From NCBI GenBank assembly GCA_963720885.1, contig CAVRGW010000004.1:137661-201660 (forward strand): a stretch of 64,000 bases of DNA, written 5' to 3'. The notes below the pieces were generated by a model. That model had not been told where the DNA came from. It saw only the letters and a list, made by a program, of their open reading frames with translations, and made no database searches. The DNA is from an uncultured Actinomycetes bacterium (GTDB lineage Bacteria; Actinomycetota; Thermoleophilia; Gaiellales; JAICJC01). Both the position numbers and the translations under genes were made by a program. Positions 29,720-38,603 of the stretch are shown here, in pieces; position 1 is the first letter of the stretch, and the number at the start of each line of letters is the position of its first letter.

Positions 29720-31732
29720 GTGGGCGCGACCACTGCCGATCTGACCGACCAGCTGCGCAGCTGGTTCGGATTCGCCGACTTCCGGCCGGGCCAGCGCGAG
29801 GCCTGCGAGGCGACGCTGGCCGGCCGCGACGTGCTCGCGATCATGCCCACCGGCTCGGGCAAATCGCTGTGCTACCAGCTGCCGGCGCTGATCGACGGGC
29901 AGCTGACGCTGGTCGTCTCGCCGCTGATCGCGCTGATGCAGGATCAGTACGCGGCGCTCCGCGCGCGCGGTCTGGACGGCGTCGAGATGATCGCCTCGAG
30001 CATGACGGGCGAGGCGGTCGCCGAGACGCTGGCCCGCGTCCGCAGCGGTCAGGTGCGCCTGCTGTACGTCGCACCCGAGCGGTTCTCGAGCCGCCGGTTC
30101 CTGGAGGCCATCGAGGCTGCCGGCGTCCGCCGGCTGGCGATCGACGAGGCGCACTGCCTGTCGGAGTGGGGGCACGACTTCCGGCCCGACTACCTGCGGT
30201 TGGCGGACGTCCGCACGCGGCTGGGCTCGCCGCCGACGATCGCCCTGACGGCGACGGCCACCCGCCGCGTCGCCGGGGACATCGTCCGCGCACTGGAGCT
30301 GCGTGACCCGGTCTCGCCGCGCACCGGCTTCGACCGCCCGAACCTGTTCTTCGCGGTCGAGCGGGTCGGCAGCGATGCGGCCAAGCCGGCCGTCCTGCTC
30401 GAGCTGCTGGGGTCGCCCGGTGCCCTGCCGGCGGTCGTCTACTGCGGCCGGCGGGCCACCTGCGAGCAGGTGTCGGCGCACCTGCTGGGCGCGGGCATCT
30501 CGGCTGCGCCGTACCACGCCGGGCTGGCGCCGGGTGTCCGCTCGGAGACCCTGGAGAGCTTCCTGGCCGGCCGGATCGACGTGATCGCCGCCACCACCGC
30601 GTTCGGCATGGGCATCGACAAGGCCGACGTGCGCTCGGTCGTGCACTGGGCGATCCCGGCGTCGCCCGAGGAGTACTACCAGCAGGCCGGCCGTGCCGGA
30701 CGAGACGGGCTGCCGGCCCGCTGCACCCTGCTCTACAGCGGACGGGACAAGGGCCTGATCGTGTTCTTCATCAACCGCGCGAAGATGTCGCCGGGCGACC
30801 TGGCGGCCGTTCACGCCGAGCTGGCGTCGCGGGCCGACCCCAAGGGGGTGTTCGCGGTGTTCGAGCGCGACGTGCCGGCCGAGGATCCGCGCGCGGCGCT
30901 GGCCGTGCTCGAACGGGCCGGTGCGCTGGACGTCTTCCCGGCGCCGGCCGGCTCCTTCTCGGGCAGGTTGGCCGACCCGCGGCTGGACACGCGCCACCTG
31001 AACGCGGCGGCGGTCGCCATGCGCCAGGTCGAGAACCGGCGGTGGGAGCGGCTGAAGGCGATCGACGCCTACGCGACCGGCGACGGCTGCCGGCGCGCGG
31101 CACTGCTCGGCTACTTCGGCGAGCGCCCCGAGGAACGGCCGGCGGACGTCTGCTGCGACGGCCACGGCGAGCGCCGGGCGACGCGCGAGGAGCCGGCCGG
31201 GACGCCGGCGCTGGCCACGGTCGACGCCGTGCTGCTGGCCGTCGACGAGACCGACGGCCGCGTCGGCCGCACACGCCTGGCGCAGATCCTCCGCGGATCC
31301 CAGGCCAAGGCGCTGGTCTCGGCCGGCCACGACCGGCTGCGCAGCCACGGCGCGCTCGTCCGCCAGTCGCAGACCCAGGTGATGGGCGCGATCGACCGCC
31401 TGATCGCATCCGGCGCACTCGAGCAGACCGGCGGCCCGTACCCGCTGGTGCGGCGTGCCGCCGCCCAGTCGGCGCGGACGTCGCGCGACGCCGACCTCCG
31501 CAGCCAGGTGCTGGCGCTGGGCACGGCGCGCGACCGGGCCGGCATCCCGTTCCTGACGCGGGTGCTGGCGAGCGGGGACAGCGCCGAGGTGCGCAAGCTG
31601 GCCGCTCTGGCGCTGGCAAGGATCGGCGATGACTCAGCGAACGATGCGCTGACCGCGGCGCTCGACGATGAGTCGCCTGACGTTCGCAACGCCGCAGGGG
31701 CGGCGCTGCAACACATCTCACACGTCCCGTGA
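29720..31732 (+). CDS. recQ: RecQ-family ATP-dependent DNA helicase with C-terminal HEAT-like repeats
   Basis: 670 aa. FRPGQREA, MPTGSGKSLCYQLPA, DEAHCLSEWGHDFRPDY, TAFGMGIDK, QQAGRAGRDG, and the Zn-binding CRR...CCD region. The tail EVRKLAALALARIGDDSANDALTAALDDESPDVRNAAGAAL looks like HEAT/PBS-lyase repeats. Confidence 0.85.
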   Translation: MGATTADLTDQLRSWFGFADFRPGQREACEATLAGRDVLAIMPTGSGKSLCYQLPALIDGQLTLVVSPLIALMQDQYAALRARGLDGVEMIASSMTGEAVAETLARVRSGQVRLLYVAPERFSSRRFLEAIEAAGVRRLAIDEAHCLSEWGHDFRPDYLRLADVRTRLGSPPTIALTATATRRVAGDIVRALELRDPVSPRTGFDRPNLFFAVERVGSDAAKPAVLLELLGSPGALPAVVYCGRRATCEQVSAHLLGAGISAAPYHAGLAPGVRSETLESFLAGRIDVIAATTAFGMGIDKADVRSVVHWAIPASPEEYYQQAGRAGRDGLPARCTLLYSGRDKGLIVFFINRAKMSPGDLAAVHAELASRADPKGVFAVFERDVPAEDPRAALAVLERAGALDVFPAPAGSFSGRLADPRLDTRHLNAAAVAMRQVENRRWERLKAIDAYATGDGCRRAALLGYFGERPEERPADVCCDGHGERRATREEPAGTPALATVDAVLLAVDETDGRVGRTRLAQILRGSQAKALVSAGHDRLRSHGALVRQSQTQVMGAIDRLIASGALEQTGGPYPLVRRAAAQSARTSRDADLRSQVLALGTARDRAGIPFLTRVLASGDSAEVRKLAALALARIGDDSANDALTAALDDESPDVRNAAGAALQHISHVP

Positions 31733-31768
31733 CAGACACCTGACGCGGCGCCGTCCTAGGGTGCCGCC

Positions 31769-32269
31769 ATGTCACGCAGAGCCGTCCTTCTCGTGCTCGC
31801 CGCCGCGGTCGCTGCCGTCGTCGCCCTCGGGGCGCATCACGCGATCGCCGGAGACGGCCCGCCGCCCGCCCGCGGCGTGGTGGAGCGCGTCGTGGACGGA
31901 GACACCGTGATCGTGCGCGCGGGTGGCGGAGCGCTGCGCGTGCGGCTGCTCGGCATCGACACGCCCGAGACTGTCGATCCCGACCGCCCGGTGGGCTGCT
32001 TCGGCCCCGAGGCGTCTGCGTACACGAAGCATCTGCTGGCCGGGCGCTCCGTGTCGCTGGTGTACGACCGCGAGCTGCACGATCGCTACGGGCGGCTGCT
32101 GGCCTACGTCTACCTGCGCGGTCGGTTCGTCAACGCGTCGCTGGTCGAGCTCGGCTACGCCCGGACACTGTCGATTCCGCCGAACACCGCACATGCCGCG
32201 GAGCTGGCGTCGCTGGAGCGGCGCGCCGCGCTCGACGGCCGCGGGCTGTGGGGTGCCTGCGCGACCTGA
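31769..32269 (+). CDS. Secreted thermonuclease (staphylococcal-nuclease-like)
   Basis: 166 aa. Signal/anchor AVLLVLAAAVAAVVALGA, then VVDGDTVIV...VRLLGIDTPE...YGRLLAYVY, the SNase fold signature. Confidence 0.85.
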   Translation: MSRRAVLLVLAAAVAAVVALGAHHAIAGDGPPPARGVVERVVDGDTVIVRAGGGALRVRLLGIDTPETVDPDRPVGCFGPEASAYTKHLLAGRSVSLVYDRELHDRYGRLLAYVYLRGRFVNASLVELGYARTLSIPPNTAHAAELASLERRAALDGRGLWGACAT

Positions 32270-32284
32270 CTGGGTAGACTGCTG

Positions 32285-32491
32285 GTGATGCGCCGGCTGA
32301 TCGGAATCGGCATCCTGGCGGCCGCAGCCGCGGTTGCGGTTCGCGCCTTCCGCTCAAGGGAGCTTGCCAGCGTCACGACCTCGGGCAACGGGCACTCCGC
32401 CGACGAGGCGCGCGTCGCGATGTTGCGCGAGCGGATCGCCGCGGCGCGGCGGCGCCTGCGCGACGAGGTCGACACCGTTCGCGGCGAGTGA
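32285..32491 (+). CDS. Small hypothetical membrane-anchored protein (68 aa)
   Basis: MMRRLIGIGILAAAAAVAVRAF TM segment followed by a charged helix. Stop overlaps the next gene start. No recognisable family. Confidence 0.35.
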   Translation: MMRRLIGIGILAAAAAVAVRAFRSRELASVTTSGNGHSADEARVAMLRERIAAARRRLRDEVDTVRGE

Positions 32492-33318
32492 CCCCGCGCA
32501 AGCTCGCGGCGGCGGCCATCGCTGCCGGCGGCGCGCTCGCGGTATGGGGGGCCTTCGAGGCGCAGTGGATCGAGCGGCGGGTGGTGGACGTGCCGGTCGC
32601 CGGCCTCGATCCCGCGCTGGACGGGCTGTCAATCCTCCACCTGTCGGACCTGCACGCGGGCTCGCCCTCGTTCAACCTGCGCACCCTGCGCAAGGCGGTC
32701 GCATTCGGCGTGGAGACACAGCCTGACATGGTCGTGATCACGGGCGACATCGTGGCCCACCCGCGGGCGCGACGAGCGGTGATCGAGCAGCTCGCGCGCC
32801 TGTCGCCGCCGCTCGGCAGCTACGCCTCGCTGGGCAACCACGACATCGGCCTGACCCGCGACCCGTTCTCGCGGGGGATGGTGCTCGAGGACTGGGAGGA
32901 GGCGCCGGTGCAGCTGCTCCGCGACACCTCGGCGACCGTCGAGCTCTCGGGCGTACGGATCGAGATCGCCGGCATGGAGCCGCAGCCGTGGATCGACGGC
33001 GTGGCCCGGCCGTGGGAGCTGTTCCGGTCGGGCGCTGGGCTGCGGATCCTGCTCGCGCACTTTCCGGACGCGATCGACGACCTGCCGCCCGGCAGCGCCG
33101 ATCTCGTCCTCTCCGGCCACCTGCACGGCGGGCAGATCTGCCTTCCCGGCCCGCGCGGCAAGGTGCGCCTGTCGCACACCGAGTTCGCGTACCTCGACGG
33201 GACGCACCGGGTGGGCGACACCACGCTTGTCGTCTCCCGTGGCACCGGCACGACGCTCGTGCCGTTTCGCCTGGTCGCCCGGCCCGAGATCGCACTGTTG
33301 CGGCTGCACCCGGCATGA
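32488..33318 (+). CDS. Membrane-anchored metallophosphoesterase (YkuE/calcineurin-like)
   Basis: 276 aa. HLSDLHAG, TGDIV, LGNHD and SGHLHGGQ are metallophosphatase motifs. Confidence 0.85.
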   Translation: MTPRKLAAAAIAAGGALAVWGAFEAQWIERRVVDVPVAGLDPALDGLSILHLSDLHAGSPSFNLRTLRKAVAFGVETQPDMVVITGDIVAHPRARRAVIEQLARLSPPLGSYASLGNHDIGLTRDPFSRGMVLEDWEEAPVQLLRDTSATVELSGVRIEIAGMEPQPWIDGVARPWELFRSGAGLRILLAHFPDAIDDLPPGSADLVLSGHLHGGQICLPGPRGKVRLSHTEFAYLDGTHRVGDTTLVVSRGTGTTLVPFRLVARPEIALLRLHPA

Positions 33319-34376
33319 GATCGCTGGTCTCCGCGCTGCTCGAGCCGGTGGCGTACCCCAGCGTGTACGACGTCACCGTTCGCTGCGTCGGCAACGGGAC
33401 GATCTCGCTGGCGGGCGACAACCACGATCTGCGCCGGGAGGGCGTGTACGGCGTGTACTCGGAACGGGCGTACGGCCGGATCGGGGCGATCGTCGAGAAC
33501 GACGCGGCCGGCGTGGTGCGGGCGCTGGAACCCGTTGTCGGGGAGCTCCGGGCCGGCGACCCCGTCGGCGTCAGCCTCTATGCCTTCCCGCTCGACCCCC
33601 TACAGGGCCGGGGCATCGCGTTCGAGGACGTCCAGGTGGCCGGCCCGCTGGGGCCGATGGCCGCGTGGCTGGTTCCCGGCGGGCCGCGCTGGGCGGTGTT
33701 CGTGCACGGGCGCGGCGCAACCCGTGAGGAGGGGCTGCGCGTGCTCGGCGTGCTTCACGCGCTGGGACTGACCGTGCTGCTCTCCACGTACCGCAACGAT
33801 GCGGGAGCCCCCGCGTCACCCGACGGCTACTACCATCTGGGCGCCACCGAGTGGGAGGACGTCGAGGCGGTGGTCGCCCACGCCGCTGCCGAGGGCGCGG
33901 AGGACGTCGTGCTGGTCGCCTCGAGCATGGGCGCGGTGCTCGCCTGCCGCTTCCTGCTGCGCTCCCCGCTGGCCGGGCGCGTCTCGGCCGCGGTGCTGGA
34001 TGCGCCGCTGCTCGACTGGTCGGTCACGCTCCGCAACGCGGCGGCCCGGCGCGGCGTGCCCCGGCCGGTCGCGGCCGCGGCCAAGCAGTACGCGGCTCGC
34101 CGGATCGGCGTGCGCTGGCGCGATCTCGACCACGTGCGCCGGGCCGCGGCGTTCACGACGCCGATGCTGATCCTTCACGGCACCGACGATCGCACCGTGC
34201 CATTCGACACCAGCCGTCGCCTCGCGCTGGCGCGGCCCGACCTGGTCCAGCTGGTCGCGGTCCCGGGAGCGGGGCATGCCCGCTCCTGGAACCGCGACCC
34301 TGACGGCTACGACCACGCCGTCGCCGGCTTCCTGGACGGGATCAGCCCGCCGGCGCTGCGGACGCAGCGCGGCTGA
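33315..34376 (+). CDS. Alpha/beta-hydrolase fold protein
   Basis: Tail of ORF 32988..34376 from the ATG at 33315 (ATGA overlap). VFVHGRG, nucleophile elbow VASSMGA, and LILHGTDDRTVP. Confidence 0.8.
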   Translation: MRSLVSALLEPVAYPSVYDVTVRCVGNGTISLAGDNHDLRREGVYGVYSERAYGRIGAIVENDAAGVVRALEPVVGELRAGDPVGVSLYAFPLDPLQGRGIAFEDVQVAGPLGPMAAWLVPGGPRWAVFVHGRGATREEGLRVLGVLHALGLTVLLSTYRNDAGAPASPDGYYHLGATEWEDVEAVVAHAAAEGAEDVVLVASSMGAVLACRFLLRSPLAGRVSAAVLDAPLLDWSVTLRNAAARRGVPRPVAAAAKQYAARRIGVRWRDLDHVRRAAAFTTPMLILHGTDDRTVPFDTSRRLALARPDLVQLVAVPGAGHARSWNRDPDGYDHAVAGFLDGISPPALRTQRG

Positions 34377-35157
34377 TCCGCACGTCGCCGCTGGTGGACG
34401 TTGCCTTCAGCCGCAACGACTCGCCGTCCTTGGTCTCGGGCGCGTCCGACGGATCGAGGTCGGATCGGGTGTCGCCGCTCATCGAGTTGACGTCGAGCCA
34501 GACCTTCGTGCCCGCGACGACGCCGACCTTGATGTCGCCGGACACCGACTTGACCGAGGTCTCGCCGCGGCTGACCGCGCGCAGGGCGGCGTCGCCGGAG
34601 ACCGAGTCGACCCTGACGTCGCCGCCCGCCTGACCGATCTCGACGTCGCCCGAGACCAGCTTGACCGACGCCCGGCCGCCGACCGACCCGACCCGGACGT
34701 CGCCCGAGACGGTGTTCAGGTTGGCGTCGCGGCCGATGCCCTCGACCGAGAGATCGCCCGAGGCCGTCTTGAACGCGACGTCGCCGGCGACCCGCTCGGC
34801 GAACAGCGCACCCGAGGCGCTGACGCCGTCGATCGAACCCAACTCGCCCAGCAGCCGGGCGTCGGCGGACGCCGTGCGGGTGTTGATGTGTGCGCCCTTC
34901 GGGGCGTCCACGGTGACGCGCACCTGTGCGTCGCCGCCGCGGAACCCGAACCGCGACTGCTCGGGCACCTCGATCATCAGCTCGCCGCCGCGCAGCTCCT
35001 CGCGGGCCTTCTCGACGGCCTGGCGGCTGCTTTCGCGGTCGTCCAGCGGCTCGATCTCGACGATCGTGTCGTCGCCCTCGTGGGTGCGTGTCTCGATCAG
35101 ACCGGCGGCCACCTTGATCTTGACCTTCAGCTCGCCTGGTGTGTGATGCGTGCTCAT
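34342..35157 (-). CDS. DUF4097-type beta-strand-repeat protein (LiaG/YvlB-like putative adhesin fold)
   Basis: 271 aa. Repeated SGD(V/I/L)xV strands (TASGDLSVEG, VSGDVRVGS, VSGDVEIGQ, VSGDAALRA, VSGDIKVGV, TSGDVRISR). Strong RBS GGAAGGAG. Confidence 0.8.
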   Translation of the reverse strand: MSTHHTPGELKVKIKVAAGLIETRTHEGDDTIVEIEPLDDRESSRQAVEKAREELRGGELMIEVPEQSRFGFRGGDAQVRVTVDAPKGAHINTRTASADARLLGELGSIDGVSASGALFAERVAGDVAFKTASGDLSVEGIGRDANLNTVSGDVRVGSVGGRASVKLVSGDVEIGQAGGDVRVDSVSGDAALRAVSRGETSVKSVSGDIKVGVVAGTKVWLDVNSMSGDTRSDLDPSDAPETKDGESLRLKATSTSGDVRISRAASAAPAG

Positions 35158-35172
35158 GTGCTGCTCCTTCCG

Positions 35173-35331
35173 CTATGCCCGTGCCCAGCCGCGCAGGCCG
35201 CGGACGGCCAGCTCCGGCTTGACGGTGCGGGTCTCGGTGGGGGACTGATCCAGGTGGTGGTCGGCATGGCCGCGGCGCCAGGGGACGGTCATCGCGGCGA
35301 CGGTGCCGGGCAGGTGTCGGTCGTTCGTCAT
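35173..35331 (-). CDS. Unlisted small ORF (52 aa), hypothetical
   Basis: Below the ORF-track size cutoff. ATG preceded by AGGAG (6-nt spacer). MTNDRHLPGTVAAMTVPWRRGHADHHLDQSPTETRTVKPELAVRGLRGWARA. Third codon positions are almost all G/C. The stop overlaps the DUF4097 RBS. Confidence 0.35.
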   Translation of the reverse strand: MTNDRHLPGTVAAMTVPWRRGHADHHLDQSPTETRTVKPELAVRGLRGWARA

Positions 35332-35340
35332 CCGTGGCTC

Positions 35341-35787
35341 CTAACTCTCGTGGTATCCGGTGATCCGGTTGCCAAACTTGGGGCGGCGCTCGAGGCCCTG
35401 GCTGATCGTGCGCACCAGCCACGAGTTCGTGGAGATGCCCTCGCGGGCGGCCGCCGACTCCACGCGCTCTTTCAGCGACTCGGGCATCCGCAGCGTCAGC
35501 CGGGCGGTCGCGCCGTCGTCGGCGGGGGGCGGTGCCGGCTGCTCGACGTCGGCGACGTACGCCAGAACGGCGTCGCGGCCCTCGAGCCGCAACTCGATGT
35601 GGCCGGAGGGCAGTGCGCCGCTGAGCTCGGCCGCCGCCTCCGACAGGACGTCCAGCAGCCGCACCCGCAGGCTCGGCTCGACGGAGCGGAGCAGCGGCTG
35701 GGCGGCGTCGATGGACGGCTGGCCGCCGATCGCCGCGGAGGCGGCGAGGTCGTCCCGGATGGCCTCGATGTGGTGTGTCATCTGCAT
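35341..35787 (-). CDS. Ribbon-helix-helix (Arc/HicB-C-terminal-like) domain protein
   Basis: ORF 35341..35829 trimmed to MQMTHHIEAIRDDL. The C-terminal LTLRMPESLKERVESAAAREGISTNSWLVRTISQGL is an RHH motif. Confidence 0.7.
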   Translation of the reverse strand: MQMTHHIEAIRDDLAASAAIGGQPSIDAAQPLLRSVEPSLRVRLLDVLSEAAAELSGALPSGHIELRLEGRDAVLAYVADVEQPAPPPADDGATARLTLRMPESLKERVESAAAREGISTNSWLVRTISQGLERRPKFGNRITGYHES

Positions 35788-35870
35788 GACGTCATTATGA
35801 CGTCGTCTATGACGCCTGTCAAATGTCACGAAGATGCAGGCATTTTGCGCCGTATACTCGACGCCTCGAG

Positions 35871-36248
35871 ATGACCGACCATCCGCACGAAGCGGAGTCG
35901 GTGCACAGCGCCACCGCCTCCGCGCATATCTCCCACGCAGTGATCGCCACCTACGCCGCAGCTGCGGCCGTCGAGGTGCCGGGAGTGCGCGGGATCTGGG
36001 CCGGTCACTCCGCGCCGCCCGAGCGGGAGATCGACCCCGAGCGCGCGCCCAAGGGCGTCCGCGTCAACGGGGACGGCCAGCGGGTCGACCTCGAGCTGCA
36101 CCTGGTCACGGAGTGGGGAGCGAGCATCCCGGAGGTCGCCGACCAGGTCGGCAGCCAGGTGCGCCGCTACCTCGCGTCGATGATCCAGCTCGAGCCGACG
36201 GACATCGCGGTCGTCGTGGACGAGGTGGCCGCGCCGCTCCGCCCGTGA
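35871..36248 (+). CDS. Asp23/Gls24-family envelope-stress protein
   Basis: ISHAVIATYAAAAAVEVPGV...VDLELHLVTEWGASIPEVADQVGSQVRRYL is the typical Asp23 (DUF322) pattern. Start at the ATG at 35871. Confidence 0.8.
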   Translation: MTDHPHEAESVHSATASAHISHAVIATYAAAAAVEVPGVRGIWAGHSAPPEREIDPERAPKGVRVNGDGQRVDLELHLVTEWGASIPEVADQVGSQVRRYLASMIQLEPTDIAVVVDEVAAPLRP

Positions 36249-36856
36249 GCCGGGTCGACCATCTCACCAAGGGCTCGGTCTCGCATGCCCCGGCTCCCTG
36301 CCGTTCCTGCATGTGGTGGCAGTCGGGCGCCGGCGTTCGCCCGCCCGACCGGGAGAGCTGGATGCTCGAGGCCGAGGACGAGTTCGGACCGTGGGGCAAG
36401 CTGTACGTGGACGACGACGGGCGGACGGTCGGCCTGATCCAGTACGGCCCGGCCGACCGCTTCCCGCGGGCCCGGGGGCTGCCCGCCGGTCCGCCCGCCG
36501 CCGACGCCGCGCTGATCACCTGCGCCTACCTGGTGGACGTGCACAGCCCGTGGGTGCTGCAGAGCCTGTTCCTGGCGGCGATCGGCGAGTGCAAGGTGCG
36601 CGGGTTCCCCGCGCTGGAGGCGTTCGCCTATCGCTACCTTCCGGAGGAGACGTTCGCTGCACGGTTCCTCGGCCACCGGACGATCTTCCCGGCCGACTTT
36701 CTGCGCGACTTCGGCTTCCAGGGGCGGCGAAGCGCAGGCAGAATTGAGTTGGTCCGCCTCGACCTTCGGGGTACGGTCCCGGTCGAGGAGGCGACGCTGA
36801 CCGAGCGGATCAAGGCACGGCTGGCCGTGATCCAGCCGGCGCCTGCTGCTCCGTGA
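36245..36856 (+). CDS. Hypothetical protein (possibly GNAT-fold; N-terminal CRSCMWWQ motif)
   Basis: Tail of ORF 35834..36856 from the GTG at 36245, which overlaps the Asp23 stop. Good codon bias. Function not recognisable with certainty. Confidence 0.55.
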   Translation: MSRVDHLTKGSVSHAPAPCRSCMWWQSGAGVRPPDRESWMLEAEDEFGPWGKLYVDDDGRTVGLIQYGPADRFPRARGLPAGPPAADAALITCAYLVDVHSPWVLQSLFLAAIGECKVRGFPALEAFAYRYLPEETFAARFLGHRTIFPADFLRDFGFQGRRSAGRIELVRLDLRGTVPVEEATLTERIKARLAVIQPAPAAP

Positions 36857-36878
36857 ACCGACGAGCGCCCGGGTACGA

Positions 36879-37502
36879 ATGCCTGACAGTCACACCGGAA
36901 AGGATCCGCACACGGAGCACCTGTCCGATCATGGGCTGCTCGCACTGGTCGCCCGAGGCGACCGGGAAGCGTTCGCCAGACTCTACGACCAGTACAGCGA
37001 GGCCGCATACTCGCTCGCCGTCCGGATCGTACGAGACCGCGACCTGGCGGCGGACGTTGTGCAGGATGCGTTCCTGGCGGTGTGGAAACAGGCGTCGCGC
37101 TTCGACGCGCGGCGCGGACAGCCCTCGACCTGGATCCTCACCTTGACCCACCACAAAGCAGTTGACATCGTCCGCCGCGAGGACCGCCGCCGAGCCGAGC
37201 CGCTCGACGAGGCGCGCGCCGCAGCCGCGGCCGACCCGGGGCCATCGGTCGACGAACGGGCCTGGCTGGGCGTCGCCCGCCAGCAGGTGCGCGCAGCGCT
37301 GCGCCGCCTGCCCGACCCGCATCGCGAGGTGCTGGAGCTCGCGTATTTCGAGGGCTACACGCAGTCCGAGCTGGCGGAGCGCCTGGCGCTGCCGCTGGGC
37401 ACCGTCAAGAGCCGGACGTTCGCGGCGATGGCGTCGTTGCGCGGCTCGCTGCAGGAGATGGGGATCACCATGGAGGACGAGTGGAACACGTCGACGAGCT
37501 GA
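36879..37502 (+). CDS. ECF-type RNA polymerase sigma factor (SigK-like)
   Basis: 207 aa. Region 2 (DVVQDAFLAVW, WILTLTHHKAVD) and region 4 (LAYFEGYTQSELAERLALPLGTVKSR). Confidence 0.9.
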   Translation: MPDSHTGKDPHTEHLSDHGLLALVARGDREAFARLYDQYSEAAYSLAVRIVRDRDLAADVVQDAFLAVWKQASRFDARRGQPSTWILTLTHHKAVDIVRREDRRRAEPLDEARAAAAADPGPSVDERAWLGVARQQVRAALRRLPDPHREVLELAYFEGYTQSELAERLALPLGTVKSRTFAAMASLRGSLQEMGITMEDEWNTSTS

Positions 37503-38152
37503 TCCCCGCGCACGCCATGCGCTCGCTCGATCCGGAGGACGAACGGGTCGTTGCGACACACCTGGTCGACTGCGACCGGTGTCGCCGGATGCTGGCGGAC
37601 TACGAGAGCGTCAGCGCCTCGCTGGCCTATGCCGCGCCGCGCGAGACGCCGCCGCCGGAGCTGCGCGACCGTCTGCTGGCCTCCCTGGAGCCGGTGGTCG
37701 AGGCTCCGCCGGCGGTCGTCGCCGAGCCCCGCAGGACACGGTTCGGCTGGTGGCCGCGCGTCGCCGTCCTGGCCGTGCCCGCCCTCGCGGCCTGCGTGAT
37801 CGGCCTGCTGGTCTGGAACGTCTCGCTGCGCGACGACCTCGACTCGACCAAGGCGTCGCTGGCGTCGAACCGGGCCGTGCATGTCGACAACGTCGGCAAC
37901 GTGGTGGCCGATACCGGCGGCCACGTCACGCTCTACGCCGATCTGGCGCCGGCGCCCGCCGGCAAGACCTACGAGGCGTGGGTGATTGGCTCGTCCGGGC
38001 CGATCCCGGCTGGGACGTTCGACGGCGGCGGCACCGTGGTGCTCGACCTGACGGCGCAGGCGCGGCCGGGCGACCAGATCGCGGTCACCGTCGAACCGGC
38101 GGGCGGGTCGGACCAGCCGACGACGAAGCCGATCGGCGCGGCGTCCGTCTAG
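37481..38152 (+). CDS. Anti-sigma factor, zf-HC2 N-terminus plus RskA-like extracytoplasmic domain
   Basis: 223 aa. HLVDCDRCRRML, one TM (VAVLAVPALAACVIGLLVW), and C-terminal YEAWVIG...VTVEPAGGSDQPT as in anti-sigma-K RskA. Confidence 0.8.
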   Translation: MEHVDELIPAHAMRSLDPEDERVVATHLVDCDRCRRMLADYESVSASLAYAAPRETPPPELRDRLLASLEPVVEAPPAVVAEPRRTRFGWWPRVAVLAVPALAACVIGLLVWNVSLRDDLDSTKASLASNRAVHVDNVGNVVADTGGHVTLYADLAPAPAGKTYEAWVIGSSGPIPAGTFDGGGTVVLDLTAQARPGDQIAVTVEPAGGSDQPTTKPIGAASV

Positions 38153-38156
38153 CGGG

Positions 38157-38603
38157 TCAACGCACCAGGTAGGCGACGGTGCCGGCGATCACGGCAACCG
38201 ACAGCAGCACGCGCGAGGTGCGCGCGGGGTCCGGCAGGTCGAGCCCCAGCGACGCCAGCGACCCGGTCTGGGCCCGGCGGCGTGCAAGGCGGCTGCGCGC
38301 CACCGCGGATTCGCGCTGGGCGGACGGGCCGAGCAGCTCGTCGACCTCATACGGTCCGTGGCGATCGGATCCGTGGTCGTGGTCGACGCAGATCAGGCTG
38401 CCGCGGTGCTCGGTGACGTCGCCGAGACAGCGTGGGCAGGCGTGCGGCGCCGGCTCGTAGGGCTGCCACTGCTCCCGTGCGCTGCGCCGGCGGTCGCCGA
38501 CGGTCAGCAGCTGGTGGCGCTTCCACGCGCCGTGGGCAGTGCACACCCCTCCCGGGGCGCGGCGGACGCAGACGGGACACAGCGTCCCCCTGGCGCCGGT
38601 CAA
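38157..38603 (-). CDS. Hypothetical Cys-rich protein with C-terminal membrane anchor
   Basis: 148 aa. CPVC...C..H and CPRC...C cysteine pairs, tail VLLSVAVIAGTVAYLV. High GC3. TTG start overlaps the asd stop. Confidence 0.5.
   Translation of the reverse strand: MTGARGTLCPVCVRRAPGGVCTAHGAWKRHQLLTVGDRRRSAREQWQPYEPAPHACPRCLGDVTEHRGSLICVDHDHGSDRHGPYEVDELLGPSAQRESAVARSRLARRRAQTGSLASLGLDLPDPARTSRVLLSVAVIAGTVAYLVR

Noticed and set aside
35341-35787. HicB-type antitoxin / toxin-antitoxin module
   Set aside because: Only the C-terminal RHH motif resembles HicB. There is no HicA-like toxin ORF adjacent; the neighbouring 52-aa ORF is His/Arg-rich and not HicA-like by eye. The neighbours are envelope-stress-type genes.
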